NCBI GenBank assembly: GCA_944321185.1
Contig: CALUKH010000001.1
Coordinates: 54,896 to 118,895, forward strand
Source of the DNA: an uncultured Alistipes sp.
GTDB lineage: Bacteria > Bacteroidota > Bacteroidia > Bacteroidales > Rikenellaceae
Length of the DNA stretch: 64,000 nt
Reading direction: 5' to 3'
Translations under genes and position numbers: made by a program
Shown here: positions 18,542 through 28,706 of the stretch, in pieces
How the letters are laid out: each line of letters starts with the position of its first letter
Numbering within the stretch: position 1 is the first letter of the stretch
The notes under the pieces: model-generated
Database searches by the model: none
What the model was told of the DNA's origin: nothing
Seen by the model: only the letters and a program-made list of their open reading frames with translations

Positions 18542-20773
18542 ATGAATACCAACTTCCTGAAACTTCTTCCGACACTGCTCTTTCTGACGGGATGTGCCGG
18601 AAACGGAGACACGACGAACGATCCGAACCTTCCTCCGTATCAGAATGAATCTCTCCCCCTGGAGCAACGCATCGAAGATGCCCTTTCGCGCATGACCCTC
18701 GACGAGAAGGTCGCCATGCTGCATGCACAGTCGAAATTCTCGTCGGCCGGAGTGCCGCGCCTTGGCATCCCCGAACTCTGGTGTACGGACGGCCCCCACG
18801 GCATCCGCCCCGAGGTGCTGTGGGACGAATGGAACCAGGCCGGCTGGACCAATGACTCCTGTACGGCCTTTCCGGCCCTGACGTGCCTGGCGGCGACGTG
18901 GAATCCCGAGATGGCGGCTCTCTTCGGCAAATCGATCGGCGAAGAGGCCCGCTACCGCGAGAAGGACGTCCTGCTGGGCCCCGGCGTCAATATCTACCGC
19001 ACGCCGCTCAACGGCCGCAACTTCGAATACATGGGCGAGGATCCCTACCTGGCTTCGCGCATGGTTGTGCCCTATGTCCGGCAGGTGCAGAAGAACGGCG
19101 TGGCGGCCTGTGTGAAACACTTTGCCCTGAACAACCAGGAGACCCGCCGCTATTCGGTCAACGTCGAGGTGGACGACCGCGCCTTGTACGAAATCTACCT
19201 GCCGGCCTTCAAGGCGGCAGTCGAGCAGGGCGGCGCCTGGGCCGTCATGGGGGCCTATAATAAATACAAGGGCCAGCATTGCTGCCACAATCAGTACCTG
19301 CTGAACGACATTCTGAAACGGGACTGGGGCTTCGACGGCGTGGTGATCTCCGACTGGGGCGGTACGCACGACACGAAGCAGGCCGTGGAGAACGGTCTTG
19401 ACCTGGAGTTCGGTTCGTGGACCGACGGCCTGTCGCAGGGTGTGGGCAATGCCTACGACAACTACTACCTGGCCCGTCCCTACCTGGAGCGGCTCAAGCG
19501 GGGCGAGGCCGACCGGCAGACGCTCGACGACAAGGTGCGACGGGTTCTGCGGCTCAATTTCCGCACGGCGATGAACACGCACAAGCCCTTCGGGTCGATG
19601 AATTCGCCGGAGCATCTGGCCGCCGCACGACGGATTGCCGGCGAGGGGATGGTGCTGCTGAAGAACGACGGCGGAGTGCTTCCGCTGGATTCCGCGGCGA
19701 CGGGGCGACTGCTCGTCGTCGGGGAGAATGCCGTGCGGATGATGACCGTGGGCGGCGGATCGTCGTCGCTGAAGGTGCGCCACGAATATACGCCGCTGGA
19801 GGGGATCCTGGCCGCCGTGGGTTCGACGTGCGAGGTGCTCTTCGAACGCGGCTACGTGAGTGATGCGACGGATACCTTCGACGGGGTGAAAACCGGGCAG
19901 GATCTTTCGGAGACTCGCTCGGCCGAGCGGCTGATTGCCGATGCGGTGAAGGCGGCCCGGACGGCCGATGCCGTGATCTTCGTCGGCGGACTGAACAAGA
20001 GCCCGGGGCAGGACAGCGAAAGCGCCGACCGGGCCTCCTACGGACTTCCCTACGGACAGGATCGGGTGATCGAGGCGCTTGCGGCGGCGAATCCGCGTCT
20101 GGCGGTGGTGCTGGTGTCGGGCAATGCGGTGGCCATGCCGTGGATCGATCGGGTTCCGGCGGTGCTGGAGGCCTGGTTCTCGGGTTCGGAGGCCGGGCAT
20201 GCGCTGGCCGACGTGCTGTTCGGACGGGTGAATCCCTCGGGCAAACTGCCCTTTACGTTCCCGGTTCGGCTGGAGGACAATGCGGCGCATGCTTTGGGTG
20301 AGTTCCCGGGCGGCGATACGGTGCGTTACAACGAGGGGATTTTCGTGGGCTACCGCTGGCACGATACGAAGGCGATTCGACCGCTCTTTGCCTTCGGCCA
20401 CGGGTTGAGCTATACGACCTTCGAGATTGCCAACGTCAAGGCCGACCGGACGTCGATGACGGCGAACGGGACGCTTCGCGTGACGGCCGACGTGACCAAT
20501 ACGGGCGACCGGGCCGGAGCCGAGGTGGTGCAGCTTTACATCGGCGATGCGGAGTCGACGCTGCCGCGTCCGGTCAAGGAGCTGAAGGGCTTCGAGAAGG
20601 TGATGCTCGATCCGGGCCAGACGCGCACGGTCGAATTCACCGTCACGTCCGAGGCCTTGAGCTACTACGACGATACGCGGCATGCCTGGACGGCCGAGCC
20701 GGGTCGTTTCACGGCCTACGTCGGAGCGGCTTCGGACGACATCCGCGGTCAGGTGGATTTTACGCTCGAATAG
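18542..20773 (+). CDS. GH3 beta-glucosidase-family lipoprotein
   Basis: Lipobox LTGC; TDGPHG, GRNFEY.GEDP, CVKHF, ISDW nucleophile, PSGKLPFTFP, FGHGLSYT, C-terminal Fn3-like domain. Confidence 0.95.
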   Translation: MNTNFLKLLPTLLFLTGCAGNGDTTNDPNLPPYQNESLPLEQRIEDALSRMTLDEKVAMLHAQSKFSSAGVPRLGIPELWCTDGPHGIRPEVLWDEWNQAGWTNDSCTAFPALTCLAATWNPEMAALFGKSIGEEARYREKDVLLGPGVNIYRTPLNGRNFEYMGEDPYLASRMVVPYVRQVQKNGVAACVKHFALNNQETRRYSVNVEVDDRALYEIYLPAFKAAVEQGGAWAVMGAYNKYKGQHCCHNQYLLNDILKRDWGFDGVVISDWGGTHDTKQAVENGLDLEFGSWTDGLSQGVGNAYDNYYLARPYLERLKRGEADRQTLDDKVRRVLRLNFRTAMNTHKPFGSMNSPEHLAAARRIAGEGMVLLKNDGGVLPLDSAATGRLLVVGENAVRMMTVGGGSSSLKVRHEYTPLEGILAAVGSTCEVLFERGYVSDATDTFDGVKTGQDLSETRSAERLIADAVKAARTADAVIFVGGLNKSPGQDSESADRASYGLPYGQDRVIEALAAANPRLAVVLVSGNAVAMPWIDRVPAVLEAWFSGSEAGHALADVLFGRVNPSGKLPFTFPVRLEDNAAHALGEFPGGDTVRYNEGIFVGYRWHDTKAIRPLFAFGHGLSYTTFEIANVKADRTSMTANGTLRVTADVTNTGDRAGAEVVQLYIGDAESTLPRPVKELKGFEKVMLDPGQTRTVEFTVTSEALSYYDDTRHAWTAEPGRFTAYVGAASDDIRGQVDFTLE

Positions 20774-20808
20774 TCTATCTGCGACATTTCGGGGCCATTC
20801 GGCTCCAG

Positions 20809-20853
20809 ACAAGCACTGCGCACCCCTTGCCAAAAGAGGTGCGCAGTGCTTGT
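20809..20853. terminator. 16-bp perfect hairpin between convergent GH3 and rfbB (probable terminator)
   Basis: acaagcactgcgcacc-13 nt-ggtgcgcagtgcttgt; U-tract weak. Confidence 0.65.
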
Positions 20854-20884
20854 TGCGGCAGACGGGACGATTTTCTTACCCCCC

Positions 20885-20983
20885 CCCGCCGACCGTGCGT
20901 TTTTTTGCCGCCGACCGTGCAATTTCTTGCCGCCGACCGTGCAATTTCTTGCCACCGACCGTGCGTTTTTTTGCCGCCGACCG
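20885..20983. repeat. Tandem repeat, ~4.5 x 22 bp
   Basis: gccgccgaccgtgc(gttttttt/aatttctt) units at 20885, 20907, 20929, 20951 and partial at 20973. Confidence 0.92.
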
Positions 20984-21029
20984 AGTGATCGTCCGTTTGG
21001 GGACACCTGCCCCCTCCTGGCCCCGGGTT

Positions 21030-22166
21030 TTACCGCCCGGCGTACATCTCCTCGTAGTATCGCACGTACTCGCCCGAGGTGATCCGGTCCATCCATTCCT
21101 GGTTGTCCAGATACCAGCGGACGGTCTTCTCGATGCCCTCCTCGAATTGCAGCGAGGGTTCCCAGCCCAGTTCGCGCTGCAGTTTCGACGAATCGATCGC
21201 ATAGCGCATGTCGTGGCCCGGGCGGTCCGTCACGTAGGAGATCAGATCCAGATCCTCCTCCTCGCGACGGTCAAGCATGCGGTCGACGGTGCGGATGACC
21301 ACGCGGATCAGGTCGATGTTTTTCCACTCGTTGAATCCGCCGATGTTGTAGGTCTCGGCCACCTGGCCGCGGTGGAAGATCAGATCGATCGCGCGGGCAT
21401 GATCCTCGACATACAGCCAGTCGCGGACATTCTCGCCCTTCCCGTAGACCGGCAGGGGCTTCCTGAGGCGGATGTTGTTGATGAACAGAGGAATCAGCTT
21501 CTCGGGGAACTGATAGGGCCCGTAGTTGTTCGAGCAGTTGGTCACGATGGTCGGCAGGCCGTAGGTGTCGTGGTAGGCCCGTACGAAATGGTCGCTCGAG
21601 GCCTTCGAGGCCGAATAGGGGCTGTGCGGGTTGTACTTCGTCGTTTCGCGGAAGAACTCCTCGCCGTAGGCCAGGTGGTGTTTGGCGGATGAGGCCGTGG
21701 TCGAGAACGGGGGTTCGATCCCTTCGGGGTGGGTCAGCGGCAGGGCGCCGTAGACTTCGTCCGTGGAGATGTGGTAGAAGAGTTTGCCGTCGAAGCCTTC
21801 GGGACGTGCCTCCCAGCAGCGGCGGGCCGCCTCCAGGAGCGAGAGCGTTCCCAGCACGTTGGTCCGCGCGAAGGTGAACGGATCGCGGATCGACCGGTCG
21901 ACATGGCTTTCGGCGGCCAGATGGATGATGCCGTCGATTTCGTAGCGGCGCATCAGCGCCTCGACGGCCTCGAAATCGCAGATATCGCCGCGGACGAAGG
22001 TGTAATTGGGCCGCTGTTCGACATCGCGCAGATTGGCCAGATTGCCGGCATAGGTCAGCTTGTCGAGGTTGACGATGCGGTAGTCGGGGTACTTCGTGAC
22101 CAGCAGCCGCACGACGTGCGAGCCGATGAAACCGGCGCCACCCGTGACGAGGATGTTTCGTTTCAT
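21030..22166 (-). CDS. rfbB: dTDP-glucose 4,6-dehydratase
   Basis: VTGGAGFIGS, HLAAESHVDRSI, STDEVYG, YSASK, CSNNYGPYQFPEKLIP. Confidence 0.97.
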   Translation of the reverse strand: MKRNILVTGGAGFIGSHVVRLLVTKYPDYRIVNLDKLTYAGNLANLRDVEQRPNYTFVRGDICDFEAVEALMRRYEIDGIIHLAAESHVDRSIRDPFTFARTNVLGTLSLLEAARRCWEARPEGFDGKLFYHISTDEVYGALPLTHPEGIEPPFSTTASSAKHHLAYGEEFFRETTKYNPHSPYSASKASSDHFVRAYHDTYGLPTIVTNCSNNYGPYQFPEKLIPLFINNIRLRKPLPVYGKGENVRDWLYVEDHARAIDLIFHRGQVAETYNIGGFNEWKNIDLIRVVIRTVDRMLDRREEEDLDLISYVTDRPGHDMRYAIDSSKLQRELGWEPSLQFEEGIEKTVRWYLDNQEWMDRITSGEYVRYYEEMYAGR

Positions 22167-23050
22167 GGTTTTTCGGAGGCTTGGCCCTGCATCGACTGCA
22201 GGCGTTTGAGACAGTAGAACATCGACTCCCGCCAGTGGGGGATCTCGATGCCGAACGTGCGTTTGAGCTTGCTCTTGTCGAGCACCGAGAAGGCCGGGCG
22301 GCGGGCCCGGGTGGGGTATTCGGACGTGCGGCACGGAGCGATCCGGCAACGGTCGTGACCCACGGCCCGGGCGATCTCCACGGCGAAGTCGTACCACGAG
22401 CAGACCCCTTCGTCCGTGAAGTGATAGGTTCCCTCGTTGCCGCGGTCCAGACCGCCCTCGAGGATCGAGAAGATCGCCAGGGCCAGATCGCCCGCATAGG
22501 TGGGTGTCCCCACCTGGTCGAAGACCACGTTGAGCGATTCGCGTTCGGCCGTCAGGCGGAGCATCGTTCGGAGGAAGTTGTTTCCCGTTTCGGAGTAGAG
22601 CCAGGCCGTGCGCAGGATCAGATGGCGGCAGCCCGAGGCGCGGACGGCCTCTTCGCCGGCGAGTTTCGTGCGGCCGTAGGCGCTGACCGGAGCCGTCGGG
22701 GCCTCTTCGGTGTAGGGTACCGGCGACAATCCGTCGAAGACATAGTCCGTCGAGACGTGGACCAGCAGGGCGTCGGCTTCGGTCGCGGCGCGGGCCAGAT
22801 TCTCCACGGCCGCACGGTTCAGCCGGTCGGCCGCAGCTTCCTCCTCCTCGGCGCGTTCGACGTTGGTGTAGGCCGCGCAGTTGACGATGGTGTCGATGCG
22901 GTTGCGGGCGATGCACTCCCGGACGGCCGCAGCGTCGGTGATGTCGAGTTGGTCGACATCCGTAAAGAGGTAATTGTTGGGCGAAACGGCTCCCAGACGC
23001 TGCATCTGGCGTCCGAGCTGGCCGTTGGCTCCTGTGACGAGGATATTCAT
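22163..23050 (-). CDS. rfbD: dTDP-4-dehydrorhamnose reductase
   Basis: GANGQLG, NCAAYT, STDYVFDG, YGRTKLAGE, DQVGTPT. Confidence 0.97.
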   Translation of the reverse strand: MNILVTGANGQLGRQMQRLGAVSPNNYLFTDVDQLDITDAAAVRECIARNRIDTIVNCAAYTNVERAEEEEAAADRLNRAAVENLARAATEADALLVHVSTDYVFDGLSPVPYTEEAPTAPVSAYGRTKLAGEEAVRASGCRHLILRTAWLYSETGNNFLRTMLRLTAERESLNVVFDQVGTPTYAGDLALAIFSILEGGLDRGNEGTYHFTDEGVCSWYDFAVEIARAVGHDRCRIAPCRTSEYPTRARRPAFSVLDKSKLKRTFGIEIPHWRESMFYCLKRLQSMQGQASEKP

Positions 23051-23610
23051 GCCGTATGGTATTCGAAAAGTTCCGGGGCCTGGGCCAGGGTCGGGCGGTG
23101 GAGATCCTTCTCCGAGAGGAGGGCCTCCGAGGCGGGAATACGCCAGTCGATCCCCAGTGCGGGATCATTCCAGGCGATGCCGGCTTCGGCCTGCGGAGCG
23201 TAGTAGTTGTCGCATTTGTATTGGAAGAGGGCCGTCGGGCTCAGGACGGCGAATCCGTGGGCGAACCCCCGCGGGATGAAGAGCTGGCGGTGGTTTTCGG
23301 CCGAGAGTTCGACGGCGACGTGGCGCCCGAAGGTGGGGGATCCGCGGCGGATGTCGACCGCTACGTCCAGCACCTGTCCTTCGACCACGCGCACCAGTTT
23401 GGCCTGGGCCATCGGGCCGCGTTGGAAGTGGAGGCCGCGGATGACGCCGTACGACGAGCGCGACTCGTTGTCCTGCACGAAGTCCACCGCACGGACGGCC
23501 TCTTCGAACCGTCGGCGCGAGAAGCTCTCGAAGAAGTACCCCCGCCGGTCGCCGTAGACGGTGGGTTCGAGGATCACGACCCCTTCGATGTCGGTAGGGA
23601 GCACGTTCAT
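23047..23610 (-). CDS. rfbC: dTDP-4-dehydrorhamnose 3,5-epimerase
   Basis: ATG 23610; [38 protein letters not shown]. Confidence 0.97.
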   Translation of the reverse strand: MNVLPTDIEGVVILEPTVYGDRRGYFFESFSRRRFEEAVRAVDFVQDNESRSSYGVIRGLHFQRGPMAQAKLVRVVEGQVLDVAVDIRRGSPTFGRHVAVELSAENHRQLFIPRGFAHGFAVLSPTALFQYKCDNYYAPQAEAGIAWNDPALGIDWRIPASEALLSEKDLHRPTLAQAPELFEYHTA

Positions 23611-24491
23611 GATTGTTTTTCGTCGATAAGTTTCATCAGATACTGTCCGTATTGATTCTTGAGCATCGGGCGGGCCACGTCGCGCACGCGCTCGGCCGAG
23701 ATCCATCCGTTTTCGTAGGCGATCCCCTCCAGACAGGCGATCTTGAGGCCCTGGCGCTTCTCGATCACCTCGACGAAGATCGAGGCTTCGGCCAGCGAGT
23801 CGTGCGTACCGGTGTCCAGCCAGGCGAAGCCGCGCTGTAGGGTCTGGACCTTCAGCGAGCCGTCGAGCAGGAAGGCCTGGTTGACGGAGGTGATCTCCAG
23901 TTCGCCGCGGGCCGAGGGTTTGATGCCGTGGGCGATCTTCACGACGCGGTTGGGGTAGAAGTAGAGCCCCACGACGGCGTAGTTGGATTTCGGGTGGGCG
24001 GGTTTCTCCTCGATCGAGAGGCAGTTGCCGGCGGCATCGAACTCCGCGACGCCGTATCGTTCGGGATCCTCGACGCGATAGCCGAAGATCGTGGCGCGGT
24101 TCTCCTCTTCGGCTGCACGGACCGCCTGGCGGAGCATGCCGGTGAATCCCGAGCCGTGGAAGATGTTGTCGCCCAGAACCAGACATACGGCATCGTCGCC
24201 GATGAACTCTTCGCCGATCAGGAAGGCCTGGGCCAGTCCGTCGGGCGAGGGCTGTTCGGCGTAGCTCAGCCGCACGCCGAAGTCGGATCCGTCGCCCAGC
24301 AGCCGCCGGAAGCCGGGCAGATCGGCCGGCGTCGAGATGAGCAGGATGTCGCGGATTCCGGCCAGCAGCAGGGCCGAGAGCGGATAGTAGACCATCGGCT
24401 TGTCGTAGATCGGGAGCAACTGTTTGCTGACCCCCTTGGTGATCGGATAGAGGCGCGTGCCGGAACCTCCGGCCAGGACGATGCCTTTCAT
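23607..24491 (-). CDS. rfbA: Glucose-1-phosphate thymidylyltransferase
   Basis: [37 protein letters not shown]. Confidence 0.98.
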   Translation of the reverse strand: MKGIVLAGGSGTRLYPITKGVSKQLLPIYDKPMVYYPLSALLLAGIRDILLISTPADLPGFRRLLGDGSDFGVRLSYAEQPSPDGLAQAFLIGEEFIGDDAVCLVLGDNIFHGSGFTGMLRQAVRAAEEENRATIFGYRVEDPERYGVAEFDAAGNCLSIEEKPAHPKSNYAVVGLYFYPNRVVKIAHGIKPSARGELEITSVNQAFLLDGSLKVQTLQRGFAWLDTGTHDSLAEASIFVEVIEKRQGLKIACLEGIAYENGWISAERVRDVARPMLKNQYGQYLMKLIDEKQS

Positions 24492-24515
24492 AGCTCAATG
24501 CGTTTTTCGGTAGAG

Positions 24516-24523
24516 CAAAGATA
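24516..24523 (-). promoter_or_regulatory. Bacteroidota -7 promoter element for rfbACDB
   Basis: TATCTTTG on minus strand 24 nt upstream of rfbA. Confidence 0.7.
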
Positions 24524-24683
24524 GTTTTTTATTTTCGATGAGGAAAGGATTTTGCCGTCGAACCGCACGTCGGCGGAGGGTTCCGCCGGGCGTTTTTGGC
24601 CTGATAAGCCGTGCATGGTGTCCGGAGGCTGCAAAAAAGCGGCGTCCGCAACCGGAGTCGGGACGCCGCAGGGCACAAAAAAA

Positions 24684-24779
24684 GGGTGAGCTACTTGCAT
24701 CGCACCGCTACAACCACATACCCTTGCTTGATTCCTCACCTGGGGGATTCTGTAGGAGCTGGTCGTGTAAGACTCACCC
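24684..24779 (-). ncRNA. ffs: Signal recognition particle small RNA (4.5S)
   Basis: Minus strand gggtgag...CAGG-tga-GGAA-tca-AGCA...ctcaccc: SRP helix 8 motif with GGAA tetraloop, paired ends, followed by T7, preceded by TACTTTTG. Confidence 0.88.
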
Positions 24780-24785
24780 GGGATG

Positions 24786-24813
24786 CAAAAGTAGGAATAT
24801 TTTCCTATCTTTG
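24786..24813. promoter_or_regulatory. Back-to-back -7 elements for ffs (minus, 24786-24793) and mltG (plus, 24806-24813)
   Basis: caaaagta-ggaatattttcc-tatctttg; both match TAnnTTTG. Confidence 0.75.
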
Positions 24814-24829
24814 CAAAAAAAATTGCGAA

Positions 24830-25840
24830 ATGCGGAAAAAAACCTTGTTTGGCCTCTTGTCGGGGGTTGTTGTGGTTGCGGCGGCGGCCGTGGTGGTGTT
24901 TGCCCAGTTCAAGGGCAGTGCCGTCGGTAGGGAGTGCGAACTCTATGTCGGCTCACGGGCCACGTACGAGGCGCTGACCGATTCGCTGATGCCCTCGATC
25001 CGTCACCATGCCGCCTTCCGGGCCTATGCGCGGCGGCTCGATCTGGCGCATACGTTCAAGCCCGGCCACTACGTGCTGCGCCCCGGCATGAATGTCATCG
25101 GGATCGTGCGCATGCTCAAGCTCGGCGAGCAGACCCCCGTGCGGGTGACCCTTCAGAATGTGCGGACCCCGGCCCAGCTGGCCCGCCTTCTGTCGCGGCA
25201 GATCGATGCCGATTCGACGTCGATCATGGCGGCGCTGACCTCGAAGGAGCTGGCCGCCGAGGTGGGCTTCGACAGCGTGACGCTCTTCTCGATGTTCCTT
25301 CCCGACACCTATGAATTCTACTGGACCGTCACGCCGCGGGATTTCGTGCTGCGCATGAAACGCGAATACGACCGTTTCTGGACGCCGGAGCGCGATGCAC
25401 GGCGTCAGCGCAGCGGACTGAGCCGTCTGGAGGTGATGACGCTGGCCTCGATCGTCTACGAGGAGACCCGCCAGACGGACGAAATGCCCCGCATTGCCGG
25501 TGTCTACATCAACCGTCTGCGGCGGGGCATGCCGTTGCAGGCCGATCCGACGGTGAAGTATGCCCTGCAGGATTTCGGGCTGCGGCGCATCCTCTACCGG
25601 CACCTGAAATACCCGTCGCCCTACAATACCTATATTAATCGGGGACTGCCGCCTTCGCCGATCTGTATGCCCGGGAAGAGTGCCATCGAGGCGGTTCTCA
25701 ATTTCGAACGCCACGACTATCTCTTCTTCTGTGCGCGGCCGACATTCGACGGTTACCACAACTTCGCGCGCACGCTGGCTGAACACAATCGTAACGCCCG
25801 GGCGTACAGTGCGGAACTGAATCGGCGAAAGATTAAATAA
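24830..25840 (+). CDS. mltG: Endolytic transglycosylase MltG (YceG)
   Basis: N-terminal TM anchor; LASIVYEE, NRLRRGMPLQADPT, SPYNTY, GLPPSPI. Confidence 0.95.
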   Translation: MRKKTLFGLLSGVVVVAAAAVVVFAQFKGSAVGRECELYVGSRATYEALTDSLMPSIRHHAAFRAYARRLDLAHTFKPGHYVLRPGMNVIGIVRMLKLGEQTPVRVTLQNVRTPAQLARLLSRQIDADSTSIMAALTSKELAAEVGFDSVTLFSMFLPDTYEFYWTVTPRDFVLRMKREYDRFWTPERDARRQRSGLSRLEVMTLASIVYEETRQTDEMPRIAGVYINRLRRGMPLQADPTVKYALQDFGLRRILYRHLKYPSPYNTYINRGLPPSPICMPGKSAIEAVLNFERHDYLFFCARPTFDGYHNFARTLAEHNRNARAYSAELNRRKIK

Positions 25841-25861
25841 TTTTGCTATATTTGCGGTCCC

Positions 25862-26464
25862 ATGTTGGTGAAGATTTACGAACAGAATCCTTCGGAGAAG
25901 GAGTTGAGGCGGGTCGTGGAGGCCCTGCAGCACGATGAGATTGTGATTTATCCCACCGACAGCGTCTATGCGTTCGGGTGTTCGCTGCGTTCGGCGAAGG
26001 CCATCGAACGGCTGCGCCGTCTGCGGGTCCGCAGCGATGCGCCGCTGACCGTGGTCTTCGACAACCTGGCTCAGGTGGCCGAATACTGCCGGGTGGACAA
26101 TGCGGCGTTCCGGATCCTGAAACGCAATCTTCCGGGGCCGTTTACCTTCATTCTGCCGGCGTCGTCGCGTGTGCCGGACAAGGCGCTGGAGCGTCGCCGC
26201 ACGATCGGCATCCGCATTCCGGCGCATCCCGTGGCACGGGCGGTGGTCGAGGCGCTGGGGTGTCCGATGATCACCGCGTCGGTCAAGGACGATGACGAGG
26301 TGGTGGAGTACACGACCGATCCCGAACTGATCGAGGAGCGTTACGGCCGCGAGGTGGCGTTGGTCATCGACGGCGGCATGGGCGACAACGTCCCTACGAC
26401 GATCGTCGATCTGACGGGTGACGAGCCCGAGATTCTGCGCGAAGGCAAGGGCGACCTCCAATAA
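25862..26464 (+). CDS. Sua5/YrdC/YciO family protein (threonylcarbamoyl-AMP synthase-like)
   Basis: IYPTDSVYAFGC, LPGPFTFIL, TIGIRIP, TTIVDL; TATATTTG promoter element at 25847-25854. Confidence 0.9.
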   Translation: MLVKIYEQNPSEKELRRVVEALQHDEIVIYPTDSVYAFGCSLRSAKAIERLRRLRVRSDAPLTVVFDNLAQVAEYCRVDNAAFRILKRNLPGPFTFILPASSRVPDKALERRRTIGIRIPAHPVARAVVEALGCPMITASVKDDDEVVEYTTDPELIEERYGREVALVIDGGMGDNVPTTIVDLTGDEPEILREGKGDLQ

Positions 26465-26665
26465 TCCGGTCCTGCACCGGGGGGCCTGTACCGGGGCCGG
26501 GATCTGCGCGAACTTTTGCCGGGGTCCTGTACCGGGGTCAGAACTTGGACCTGTGCAGGTGGACCTGCACAGGGGCCTTTGGTCGGGTTTGAATCCGGGT
26601 CTGGGCCGAACCTGGCCGACCTTAACCGGGATCAGCGCTGGGGATCTGCACCGGACCTGTATGGG
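26464..26665. repeat. Degenerate repeat tract (ggNcctgYaccgggg-like) directly after stop codon
   Basis: cctgcaccgggg, cctgtaccgggg (twice), ggacctgtgc, ggacctgcac, gatctgcaccggacctgta. Confidence 0.6.
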
Positions 26666-26710
26666 GCTTTCGCATGGGCATGAAGAGCGAAACATAAGAA
26701 CATTATAAAT

Positions 26711-27253
26711 ATGGAAAAGACGAACTTCTGGAACGATGCCGCACGCTATGGAGTCATCATGGCTCTGGTGGCGATCGTTTTCGATACGCTGGGCTTCTAT
26801 ACGCAGCACGCGCTGGTCTCTCTGATCTCGCTGCTGCTGTTTCTGCTGTTGCTGACGTGGTTCATGAAGATCCGCGTCTCGCAGTACGGCGCAAACGGCT
26901 ACGGCTATGGCAAGTGTCTGGGCTTCATGACGGGCGTGATGCTCTGTGCCGGCTTCATCGAAGGAGCCTACATGAGTGTGGCGGCCAACTGGCTCTTTGC
27001 CGCCAAGTACGACGCCATGATGAGCCAGCAGCTTGCCGTGCTCGAAAACACGGGCCTCTATACGGATGACCAACTGACGCTGATGGCCCGTTGGCTGCGT
27101 TCGCCACTGTGGCTGATCTTCGGTTCGATGGTCGGTTCGGCCATCAAGGGGGCTTTCTTCGGGCTGTTCATTGCGGCCTATACGCGTCGTGAGCCGAAAC
27201 CTTTCGTGTCGGAGGCCGATTCCGAACCCGACGACAATACCAAGCACGAATAA
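26711..27253 (+). CDS. DUF4199-like membrane protein
   Basis: Four hydrophobic segments, GYGYGKCLGF; upstream of GT2 as is usual in Bacteroidota. Confidence 0.7.
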   Translation: MEKTNFWNDAARYGVIMALVAIVFDTLGFYTQHALVSLISLLLFLLLLTWFMKIRVSQYGANGYGYGKCLGFMTGVMLCAGFIEGAYMSVAANWLFAAKYDAMMSQQLAVLENTGLYTDDQLTLMARWLRSPLWLIFGSMVGSAIKGAFFGLFIAAYTRREPKPFVSEADSEPDDNTKHE

Positions 27254-28209
27254 TGGACAAACTGGATATTTCGGTCGTCGTCCCGCTCTACAACGAGGAG
27301 GAGTCGCTGCCCGAACTGGCGGCATGGATCGATCGCGTGGCCCGCGAAAACAAGCTCTCCTACGAACTGATCTTCGTCGACGACGGTTCGTCGGACCACT
27401 CGTGGGAGGTGGTCGAGCGGCTCAAGCAGCGCTATCCGGCCATTCGCGGCATTCGTTTCGGCCGCAACTACGGCAAGTCGGCCGCCCTGTACTGCGGATT
27501 TGCCGCCGCCGAGGGCGAGGTGGTCTTCACGATGGATGCCGACCTGCAGGATTCGCCCGACGAGATCCCGGCCCTGCGGCGGATGATCCTCGAGGAGGGT
27601 TACGACCTGGTCTCGGGCTGGAAAAAGAAGCGCTACGATCCGATCAGCAAGCGCTGGCCGAGCAAATTCTTCAACTGGACGGCACGCCGTGCCTCGGGCA
27701 TCCGGCTCCACGACTTCAACTGCGGCCTGAAGGCCTATCGCCGCAAGGTCGTCAAATCGATCGAGGTCTACGGCGAGATGCACCGCTTCATTCCGATCCT
27801 GGCGCGCCAGGCGGGCTTCCGCCGCATCGGCGAGAAGGTTGTCGAGCACCATGCCCGTAAGTACGGCCATTCGAAATTCGGGCTGGAGCGCACCGTGAAG
27901 GGTTATCTGGATCTGATCTCGGTGATGTTCATGACCCATTTCGGGCGTTCGCCGATGTACTTCTTCGGCAGTCTGGGAACGCTGATGTTCCTGCTGGGCG
28001 GCGGGACAACCTGCTGGCTGATCGGCGAGAAACTCTGGAAGCAGTTCCACGGGCTTCCGCTGCGGGCCGTAACGGACCAGCCGTTGTTCTATCTGGCCAT
28101 CGTGGCGGTGATTCTGGGCGTGCAGCTCTTCCTGGCCGGCTTCCTCGGCGAGCTGATCAACCGCAACTCCACGGATCGCAACAAATACCTGATCGACAAA
28201 ACTATCTGA
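27253..28209 (+). CDS. GT2 polyprenol-phosphate glycosyltransferase (ArnC/DPM1-like)
   Basis: VVPLYNEEESL, VDDGS, RNYGKSAAL, MDADLQD, two C-terminal TM helices. Confidence 0.93.
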   Translation: MDKLDISVVVPLYNEEESLPELAAWIDRVARENKLSYELIFVDDGSSDHSWEVVERLKQRYPAIRGIRFGRNYGKSAALYCGFAAAEGEVVFTMDADLQDSPDEIPALRRMILEEGYDLVSGWKKKRYDPISKRWPSKFFNWTARRASGIRLHDFNCGLKAYRRKVVKSIEVYGEMHRFIPILARQAGFRRIGEKVVEHHARKYGHSKFGLERTVKGYLDLISVMFMTHFGRSPMYFFGSLGTLMFLLGGGTTCWLIGEKLWKQFHGLPLRAVTDQPLFYLAIVAVILGVQLFLAGFLGELINRNSTDRNKYLIDKTI

Positions 28210-28213
28210 TACG

Positions 28214-28678
28214 ATGATACAACGAATTCAAACGCTTTATCTGTTGGTTGTTACGGCGCTGATGGCCGTAGTGCTTTTCACGCGACTGGCGTGGTTCGCG
28301 GGAGCCGGCGAGGAGTTCGGGCTCTATGCCTTTGCCCTGAAGGGGGCCGACGGCGAGGTGCTTCACTCGACGATCTATCTGGGAATTCTGCTGGTACTGT
28401 CGGCGGTGCTGCCGCTGGTGACGATCTTCCTCTACAAGCGGCGGATGCTCCAGATCCGGCTCTGTGTGGTGGAGATGGTCTTCCTGGTGGGCTGCGCGAT
28501 CATGGAGGGCATCTACTATTATCTGGGCTGCCGGGTGGTCTCCTCGCTGGAGATGCACGCACAGGGGTTGAGTGCCCCGATTGTCCTGCCGGTGGTGGGT
28601 CTGCTGTTTGCATGGCTGGCCCTGCGGGCGATTTTCCGCGACGAACTGCTGGTGCGGAGTGTCGACCGGATTCGATAA
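28214..28678 (+). CDS. DUF4293 family membrane protein
   Basis: Starts MIQRIQTLYLL, ends AIFRDELLVRSVDRIR. Confidence 0.85.
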   Translation: MIQRIQTLYLLVVTALMAVVLFTRLAWFAGAGEEFGLYAFALKGADGEVLHSTIYLGILLVLSAVLPLVTIFLYKRRMLQIRLCVVEMVFLVGCAIMEGIYYYLGCRVVSSLEMHAQGLSAPIVLPVVGLLFAWLALRAIFRDELLVRSVDRIR

Positions 28679-28706
28679 AATGTCCAAAAGACCGTGAATT
28701 TTATTA

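Noticed and set aside
21030-24491. rfbACDB as part of a phase-variable capsule locus
   Set aside because: No UpxY, flippase, polymerase, invertase or promoter-flanking inverted repeats seen; stand-alone operon with ordinary promoter
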